From Alloascoidea hylecoeti (Eukaryota): a stretch of DNA of 20,000 nt. Positions 12,311 to 20,000 of the stretch are shown here, piece after piece (the first letter of the stretch is position 1; the number at the start of each line of letters is the position of its first letter). The translations under genes and the position numbers were made by a program. Below the pieces are notes generated by a model that had not been told where the DNA came from, made no database searches, and saw only the letters and a list, made by a program, of their open reading frames with translations. The DNA is taken from contig BCKZ01000011.1 of NCBI GenBank assembly GCA_001600815.1, positions 751,231 to 771,230 of the forward strand, read 5' to 3'.

Positions 12311-13206
12311 ACAAATTGGCTTTGTATCATACATTGTTAACTAAAGTTACATCCTTCCTGATAAAATCATTGTTATTATCTTTTACTCTTTCTTTACTAA
12401 CTTTCTGTTAAATGTTTTTCTATTTATTTAATTAATCAGACCCTACTTAATACTTTGTTTTAGCAAATCAACAATAATACTTGTTATAAATTCTACCTAA
12501 TTTTTACGTTTAATTAATATGTTTATATATATTTCATTTTCAAACATATATCCAGTACTCTTAATATGTTCGAGTAGCTATTTTATATGTTATATAATCT
12601 TTTTCCGCAGAATAATGAAATAGTCTTATAAATGTCAAAATAAAATTAAAGTTTGTATCTAATTATAAAATATAGTATTAGGCAGTTGCACTGCCATTAT
12701 TAATGGCACTCAAATATATGATATAATTTCTCAAATTAAATATAAATCATATGAAATAATAGAACTTCTTTATTTTAATTATGCTCAGTACTGCCACTTG
12801 CACTAGAAAATACAGCTTACAATTGCAACATTTATTATTAATGTTAGCAGGCAAACCAAATGTATAACCCTCATTATTAATTTGAATATAATGTTACCTC
12901 AATCGCAGAACCATTAACCACTAGCCGTTTATCATAAAGATTTAACGAAGAGAAATGTTAATTATATATATATTATTCTGTTATTTCAATTGGACAATAT
13001 TAAATCGCACATGAATGTTGACCCAAGATGATAGAGCTAAAAAGTCACAATATTATATTCAAGCTCGACCTCAAGTGCAATCGAAAGATTACCTTTACAA
13101 TAACACTAAATGCTCAAGAGTGTATTGATGCTTAGATGTTGGGAGCTATTATCAATGTTTACTGCAATACCTATAAATCTAGATGTTTTATATATATTGT
13201 ACTGTA

Positions 13207-14863
13207 CTAAAAAATCCCTTCAATAAATGTCCCATTTTTCATAATAAATGTCCCTAATTTTGGAATTACTTCTACCTGAAACGGCTCAAATGGAAATGAT
13301 TCACCATCGACACTAATATAACCAGAGTCAACCTTAGGTATTAATCGATATGCTGTGATCTTTGAATAATGTACTTGGGGTTCGGAGAATGGTGACCCTT
13401 TATCAATATTGGTGAGGATTTTGAGACTGTCCAAAAAGGAGACTCTAGAATCCATCATGACAAGATCCATTGCACCATCATCTGGAAGACAGGCGGGAAA
13501 AAAGAGTGTATCTGGTGCCATATATGGCATCTTTCCAACATAAAATATTGCAATGTTCCTTGTGAAAGATGTTTCAAGTTGTTCCCAGTCACTTGCGACC
13601 GGCTCTTCCAGAGATGGAAAGTTTCCTAACATATATTTAGGATGATCGGATTCAGATTCAAGCAAACCTGAAGAACTGTATTCTCTAACTTCTTCTTGAG
13701 TTCTTTTTGATTTAGAGTCATATTCAAGTCCATCGGATGCCTGGTCAGAGTCCAATTCATTTAAGTCTTGTCTTTTATTTGAGTGTGCCTCATACGTCTT
13801 TCTAACTTCAAGTTTACTTTTCGCAGAGTATTTGATAAAGATATCACATGGATATTTTGTCCTAATCAATCGCCGATGTAAAACTCCAAGATCAAATCTA
13901 GCGGGGCCTAGCCATCTCATATTCTCAGTTCCTATGTCACAGTCGGCAATCAAACCATATGTCTGACTCAAGAATGAAAGGCTAGTTCGTTTATGGCTAC
14001 CAGTTCCTTGTGTTAAAGCCATTAAATCAACTTTAGTTGCAATCCCTTTTATGGAAGCTAACGCGGATAAGCTTGGACTAGTAGAGCCAACACAGCTGAC
14101 CGAGAAGGCATTTCCCGATCCACATGGTAATTGCACTATTGGAGTATTCAATGCTTCTTTGGCATCTTGCCTGTTGAAAAACCCATTAAGAACTTCGTGG
14201 GGAATACCATCCCCTGAAGCACAAGCTACCACATCATATGAATTAATATCTAACTCACTTGCAATATCATAAGCATGGTGATGGTACTGGGTTTCGCATA
14301 TTCTAATGTTAGTTTTTGCGGCAACGAAGATAGGAGCACATGAGTTCTCGTAGATTTTAAAAGCATTTCCCTGGCCTCCGTGAGGATTTATTAAAATCAA
14401 TAGTTTTCTCTGCACTTTGGAACCCCTATATGATAAATCAATAATTTGTTCAGTTAATTCTTGGGCTCGATCGTAGGGAGAGTTGTTATTTCTAAGAGGA
14501 TCAAATTGTAGCATCACATTATATGGTTTCACGGTTGTTCTATCAGTATATCGAGCAAATGTTACTAAAATTGATATATATCGATCAGACTCTCTACTAG
14601 TTTTATTTTCAGCCCAAAGAATGTTATAGAATGGTATTATATTTCTAAATAAATTATTATTCTCTAAAAAATAGCGTTAGATTGGTTCTTAAAGAATGGA
14701 CCCTGCAAATGAACTCACCCATGGGAACGCAAAAACAGGCCCCGAATATTGAACTGTCCGCATCAAGACTGAGTATATTTGTGTCTTGGTTTTCTTGAAT
14801 AACAACCCCAAAATCATTGAGAGATTCAGCTTTAGCAATTAATAAACCGGTTTGAGAACTCAT
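13207..14863 (-). CDS. LCB4: Sphingoid long-chain base kinase (Lcb4/Lcb5 family), 533 aa, 2 exons: 14863-14719 and 14663-13207
   Basis: DAG-kinase-like motifs LILINPHGGQG, SGDGIPHEVLNG, LPCGSGNA, DIGTENMRWLG, ISVDGE. Intron 14718-14664 (GTGAGT...CTAAC...TTTAG) joins exon 1 in frame to ENNNLFRNIIPFYNILWAE. Confidence 0.9.
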
Positions 14864-15647
14864 TGAATATATATATGCTATGATTAAAGATAACCGGGAC
14901 TTTCGGTTCGAGTTCCTATCACTCTGATAATTACGGGATTTGAATTAGTTAAATTTATAGGATTTTATTCCAATAGTCGTGATGTATTAATCGTGTAAAG
15001 ATTTATAACCAAAGTAAAGGTGGGTGTAAGTTATTATTAGTATCATTATATCAAATTTATTATGCTTCCGGCTCCGGGTATTGTGAACGTGATATCTGAT
15101 AAATCCTTCTCCACTCATTTACAAACCAAAAAAATGTTATCAGCACAAACATTACAAGACTTATTTAATTAATTTAAGATTTTTAGTGAACCTATCTGCT
15201 AAATTTTGGTAAGTTGGTCCGTAAGGTTAAATTAAAAAAAAAAAATTCGTTGATTTTGGGAAAGCAGATTGGCTTACATGATGATAATAGTTAATTAGTG
15301 ATAACAATTTGCTCATATATAAAACTTTACATGTAACTTATAGTATTATCTACCAATTGCAATTAACTCATTTTATTTCACCAATTCTATTGTTTTGGGT
15401 GTTTTTGATGATCAAATTTGCGATATAAATATATGGTAGTAGATAAATTTAACTATTACCAGTAGGAATGAAAGAATAAGATTCAGGTGTTTCGGTGTAC
15501 TTATTTATATTTAATCTATTTATTGAGTCTAGGGCAGTCTAGACTTTGAATGAGTATAAGTAAATGAGATGATGAAGCATGAATGAGATGAAAGATCATC
15601 TTACAGTGTTTTGCGTTAATATCGACCATATGATCACTAAGTAATCG

Positions 15648-15780
15648 GACACTTGGAGGACTAATTATTTGAAAACGCGTACGAAAAAGGGCACTAACTT
15701 ATACATAGCTTAAAATTAAAGAAGTGAAAGATAATCAGATTATTCGCACACGTTTTCGAATAATTAGTCCTCCAAGTGTC
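15648..15780. repeat. Inverted repeat with 40-bp arms (MITE-like hairpin)
   Basis: 15648-15687 (GACACTTGGAGGACTAATTATTTGAAAACGCGTACGAAAA) matches the reverse complement of 15741-15780 at 36/40 positions, with a 53-bp spacer. Confidence 0.85.
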
Positions 15781-15811
15781 TGATATTAATTGAAAATACT
15801 ATATCATCTCA

Positions 15812-16759
15812 ATCACTCTTTATCTTAAATATTCGCCCACCTTTGCGTAAATATCCGATTACGTGATGTAATAATATTCAACCATATTTTAAACTAAATA
15901 TCAGGCCATTTCATGCAAAAGGTTCGATGATCTATTAGTTAATGTATTCGCCCACTTATTAAGTTAAATATTGGACTACTTCACGCATAATGATTCGCTT
16001 AATTTATACTTAATATATGACCAGCTCCTAAGTTAAATATTCGGCAACATGGATGACTTTCCTTAAGTATTTGACCACTTCTTGAATTAAATATTCGGCC
16101 ATACCTTCAATTATTATTCCACCATCCTACACTACTTTTCGGCCACCTATACTTTCAAAATTTTAACACGCTTTGTACTTGTTTGACTACATTCTCTTCA
16201 CTAACTATTCTTTTACAACAAGCTTCTCTTTAAAGAAAAATTGAGTCCCTCGAAAAAGAATCATGGAAGCAGTATTGAAAACCCCAGTAGAACGGCGTAT
16301 CAAAACATGCTGCCATATTACGTATTTTGGATTTATTTCAAAAAGTATATTTTTATTGTCAATAAGTAGATTATATAGAAATAAATATAATTTATACTGA
16401 CTATTATGATCAAAAATTGTGGACTAGCTTCGAATAAAATGTGTACTGTATGTGAATGAAAATATCAATGGGTAAATATATATTATTGATGTGTTAAAGA
16501 TGATCAACATGTACAAGTATGAAAGTATGGTTGAAAGTTAGTGGTCGAATATAAATTTAAGGTGTGACCGAATGTTTAATTTAAGAAGTGGTCGAATATT
16601 TAAGTAAAAAGGTGGATGAATACTGATTCAAGAAAATGGTAGAACCATTATGCGTGACATGCTGAGTAAATATGTTGTACCCAAGGGTGAATAGAAACGA
16701 GAAGATTAATATAAATGAAGTAATGACTAAGAGTACTCCAAATAAGATAATAGAGTGAT
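15812..16759. repeat. Foldback-like structure whose arms consist of a degenerate ~23-bp repeat (core AAATATTCGRCCAC)
   Basis: About 14 direct units at 15827-16146 and about 5 inverted units at 16525-16650. Three nested inverted matches: 16062-16110/16556-16604 (42/49), 15981-15992/16646-16657 (12/12), and 15812-15827/16743-16759 (1 indel). Confidence 0.75.
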
Positions 16760-16784
16760 ATCTACTTGTTTACTCTACAGTTTT

Positions 16785-17205
16785 TCCACCTATTAGCGCT
16801 CTCTTCGAAAATGATTAGCGTCGCATTTGGTAATTAATTAGTGCTATTTTCGTAAATTAATTACCTTCTCTTTGGTGAATAATTGAAATTATTTTCCATA
16901 ATTAATTAATGGTATTTCAGGTAATTATTTGATGCTTCCCGGGAGAATTTGGAAGCACTATGTGTGACAATTAATTGGTCACAAGTTGGCGTTAAATTTG
17001 AAAATTATTTATCTATTATGTTGAAAATTAACTGGCGCCATTTTTTGAAATTACTTAGCGATCGGGTGTGAATCAATAATTAGTCACCTCTCCAGATATT
17101 AACTGGTGCTGTGTGTGAATAATAACTAGCTATTTTGCTGAAATGTATTTAACGTTATGTATGGCAAGTAGTTAGCGTCTAGTGAGGGAGCTAATTAGCC
17201 AACCC
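16785..17205 (+). repeat. Second degenerate tandem array with ~23-bp period (core AATTAAYTRGYG)
   Basis: The YTRG-type core recurs at 16793, 16815, 16838, 16861, then 17032, 17055, 17080, 17103, 17126, 17149, 17172 and 17195, mostly 22-23 bp apart. Confidence 0.7.
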
Positions 17206-18061
17206 CCAGGTAAATAGGTATAGGAGACTGACAATAATAATCGGTAAACCTAATAGAATAAAATGATGAAATTATTATATAGATATTATAAATTATATTA
17301 TAAGATTATAGTTGTATATACTTAAAATTAATATAAATAGAGACTAAATCCACCATTGGATTTAGTTCTCTACCCTTTTTATCTTACACTCATCTTACAA
17401 TTATATTTACTAATAAGCGTAAAAGTTTAATAGATTTCCAATCTTTTTAGCCTTAAAACAAATATTAGCTAAATACCAACATCTTTTTACACTTATTAAA
17501 ACTTACCAACTTTCACTACAAAAACTTACCGATCTTTACTACTAAAATTGGCCGAATAAACTTCAGGTTTTAAGGATGAATATAATAAAGATGACCCCGT
17601 TGTGTCTTTGAATCAATTGAAAGACTTTGACATCCCTTACGATGCCTTGAAATCATTCAAAGACACGATGGTCAAAACTGCTTCTAAATAAAAACATGGT
17701 TACTTCTTCCCGGCATTCAAGGCTTATCTCATTGGTAAACTAAAATCACAGTTTAATCTAGACCCATCCGATATCAATAAATTGGATGAGCATATATGTA
17801 CAAACTCAATGATCAATCTCATGTACCTAATTATTTCTGCACTTTTATTGAAATTATTATTAATGACAAATTTGATCAAAGCGTTTGTGAAGACTTCGAC
17901 CCGGATTTTAATGGAATCAATATGTGTCATTACCTTGTTGAAAATTATGGAGAAGATAAATTGCCTGTTTTAGAAAGACAATCAATCTTGAAACAACTCT
18001 TAAACAACGTATTATAGAAAGGCTATAATTTTACTGAATTTGAAGAATATACAATGATTCT

Positions 18062-18453
18062 TGTTAAAGTTCAAAGTGCCTGTTCTCCTAGTTGCGCCAA
18101 AAAGCCAATCGACTTTTTAGTGAACTGTTCCAAGAGTGTAATATATCCAACACACCCCCCAACCTTAGGCAGGTCACTTTACTAATCGCCATATCTGCTC
18201 ACCCCCGTGATTTTTCGGGTTTCGGACTTCTTGCAGACTGACTCGGACATTTTACTTTCGGGCCATTTACGCGTTACCCTAGTAAGCCTCAACTAGACTG
18301 ATGTAAACTACTGTCCTACGGCGGACTCGAACCTGATGCCTCTCGTGGCGGCGCCGCTACCATGTTAAATTTCAAAGTGCCTGTTCTCCCAGTTGCGCCA
18401 AAAAGCCAATCGACTCTTTAGTGAACTGTTCCAAGAGTGTAATATATCCAACA
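18062..18453 (-). mobile_element. Terminal-repeat retrotransposon in miniature (TRIM), 392 bp, non-coding
   Basis: Two 91-bp direct repeats (18062-18152 and 18363-18453, 3 mismatches) with TGTT...AACA ends. Target-site duplication ATTCT at 18057-18061 and 18454-18458. On the minus strand, the PBS TGGTAGCG (18362-18355) abuts the 5' LTR and the PPT GGGGGGTG (18160-18153) abuts the 3' LTR. Confidence 0.95.
18323..18400 (-). promoter_or_regulatory. Putative type-2 RNA polymerase III promoter within the TRIM
   Basis: A-box match TGGCGCAACTGG (18400-18389) and B-box match GGTTCGAGTCC (18333-18323), on the same strand and 55 nt apart. Confidence 0.6.
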
Positions 18454-19312
18454 ATTCTTAAAACGTACATCGCAGGCTTTAAACAAATGTTACCATATCT
18501 AATTACCATGAAAATCAATGATCAACAACTGTATCAAACATTAGAAGAATTGGAAGGCGGTAATGATAACAAAACATTTATTGAACTTGAACATAAGAAA
18601 ATCATCAAGCAACATAAATTCTTTGACAAATTACACGAATCTGAACACGTCAACTATATCAAAAATAATCAGGCTAACAATAATAATTCTTATAATCATT
18701 CTTCTTATCACAATGACAGCAATAACTTTGACAAAAAGGTCAAATGTTACATCTGCAGACGATTTGGTCATCTAGGCCCAGACTGTCCAAAGTACGACCC
18801 TGCCAAGGATTAGAAGAACTACGATAAGGTACAATATATAGAACTTCCTCTCAACACAACTGTTTACACCGAGACCATTCAAGATACTTCAGCACCTTCA
18901 GAAGAAATTTTCTACACCTCTGAAACAGCCTTTATTCATGACTTAGGAAATTTTTGTCACTTAGTCAAAGATTCATCATTATTAACTAATTTACAACAAT
19001 CTTCTACAACTGTCAAAGGAATTGATAATACTCCCACTAAGGTAATGGAAGGTGATTTGAAGATCGACAACTTAGTATTTCATAATGTTAAAGTATTTCC
19101 TAAAGCCGATCGTGATATTAATTTAGGCCATCTATTAGCCAAACAAGGATATCATATCAATTTAACAAATGACAACGCTACAATTATTAAAGATAATGAC
19201 ATTATTTTGCACGCTGAGAAAAACGAGCGTTTTTGGAAACTCACCCCTAAGGACTTTCGCCAGGAGACGGTTTTACAAATTGACAAATTAGATGACACTG
19301 ACATAATGAGGT

Positions 19313-19728
19313 TACACATATGCCCGTCAAGTTTGTTTGATTCAGATGGATCTAAATTGAATTGTGACTTGAGTTTGTCTTGAACGCTGGGAAGAAGTAA
19401 CCATGTGTGTATGTTTGGAAGCGGATTTGACCATCGTATATTTGAAAGATTTTAAGGCATCTTAAAGGATGTCAAAGTCTTTCAATTGGTTTAAAGACAC
19501 AAATGGGTAGTTTTTGCTATATTCATGGTTTCGAACCTGAAGTTGAATCGGCCATATTTTGTAGTGAAAGTTGGTAAGTTTTAATAAGTGTAAAAAGATG
19601 TGGGTATTTAGCTAATATTTGTTTTAAGGCTAAAAAGATTGGAAATCTATTAAACTTTTACGCTTATTAGTAAATATAATTGTAAGATGAGTGCAGGATA
19701 AAAAGGATGGAGAACTAAATCCAATGGT
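19313..19728 (-). mobile_element. Second, inverted fragment of the same copia family (leader plus start of gag)
   Basis: Its reverse complement aligns with 17352-17800. It retains ATGGCCGAT where the first copy has TTGGCCGAA. Confidence 0.9.
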
Positions 19729-19754
19729 ATTAATTTTGTAAATTTTTCACTTTT

Positions 19755-19888
19755 AGTAGTAAGAGATGATGATAAGATAAACAGGATAGAGATCTAAATC
19801 CTGAGGAGGATTTAGTCCCTTTTATATTCATTTTTCTTATATATCTATATAGTTTATTTATNTTATTGTTGAATATTATTTTTTAACA
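19755..19888 (-). mobile_element. Third, more diverged LTR-like fragment of the same family; boundaries approximate
   Basis: The minus strand reads AATATAAAAGGGACTAAATCCTCCTCAGGATTTAGATCTCTATCCTGTTTATCTTA, similar to 17330-17386 (AATATAAATAGAGACTAAATCCACCATTGGATTTAGTTCTCTACCCTTTTTATCTTA). Confidence 0.65.
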
Positions 19889-20000
19889 TTCTTTTTAATA
19901 TTCAAAAATAATTAAATAATACAAATGTAGTTAAAGAAAAATGGGCGTTAATAAGATAATGATAGAATAAGATAATTTTGAATAATAATGAAATAAAGAT

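Larger units (their letters stand above)
17260..19318 (+). mobile_element. Decayed, 3'-truncated Ty1/copia LTR retrotransposon (LTR/leader, gag, protease, start of integrase); 5' boundary approximate
   Basis: gag begins at about 17548 and has in-frame stops and a frameshift near 17795. CCHC knuckle CYICRRFGHLGPDC. Copia-type protease region FIHDLGNFCHLVKD...FHNVKVFP, where DLG is a likely degenerate DSG. The element ends at ...IMRLH, the position expected for the first His of the integrase HHCC finger. Confidence 0.85.
17548..19318 (+). pseudogene. gag-pol pseudogene of the copia element, interrupted by the TRIM
   Basis: Removing 18062-18458 restores the frame (...EEYTMIL-KTYIAGFKQML...). 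Stops occur early in gag, at 18015-18017 and at 18811-18813. Confidence 0.85.

Noticed and set aside
12681..12708. Overlapping small hairpins (GGCAGT/ACTGCC and TGCCATTA/TAATGGCA) between SSO1 and LCB4
   Set aside because: The stems are only 6-8 bp and there are no ncRNA box motifs.
14896..14916. GGTTCGAGTTCC B-box-like motif upstream of LCB4 as a tRNA gene
   Set aside because: No A box or cloverleaf could be built. An isolated TFIIIC site cannot be excluded but is unsupported.
15488..15605. Possible solo LTR ending CATCTTACA with an internal AGTCTAG/CTAGACT hairpin
   Set aside because: No matching TG start with a TSD could be defined.
15820..17205. CRISPR array interpretation of the periodic repeats
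   Set aside because: The context is eukaryotic, the units are degenerate with a ~23-bp period and no 30-40-bp unique spacers, and there are no cas genes.
18300..18410. A tRNA gene inside the TRIM
   Set aside because: A and B boxes are present, but I could not fold acceptor and anticodon stems. The CCA-ending match is on the opposite strand and is explained as the PBS.
18421..18453. N-terminus (MNCSKSVIYPT) of ORF 18421-18813 as genuine Gag sequence
   Set aside because: These codons are the TRIM LTR read in antisense. True gag resumes at 18454-18459.

Overview
Fungal (budding-yeast-like, with short introns) genomic DNA. Bases 1-14.9 kb are a compact block of housekeeping genes: the 3' end of RPC31, INN1, THO2 (3 exons), RHO3 (2 exons), HEM13, an SSO1-type syntaxin (3 exons, one an 11-nt micro-exon) and an LCB4-type sphingoid base kinase (2 exons). 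The last ~5 kb has no host genes and is AT-rich and repeat-dense. It holds a 40-bp-arm hairpin, two degenerate ~23-bp-period arrays (one in foldback arrangement), a decayed Ty1/copia element, and inverted partial copies of that element. The most notable feature is an intact 392-bp miniature LTR retrotransposon (TRIM) inserted in the copia gag at 18062-18453. It has 91-bp LTRs, a perfect 5-bp target-site duplication, a tRNA-iMet primer-binding site and a polypurine tract. It also carries an apparent tRNA-type RNA polymerase III promoter, with the A box in the LTR and the B box in the internal domain. All alignments and counts were done by eye; no database searches were run.
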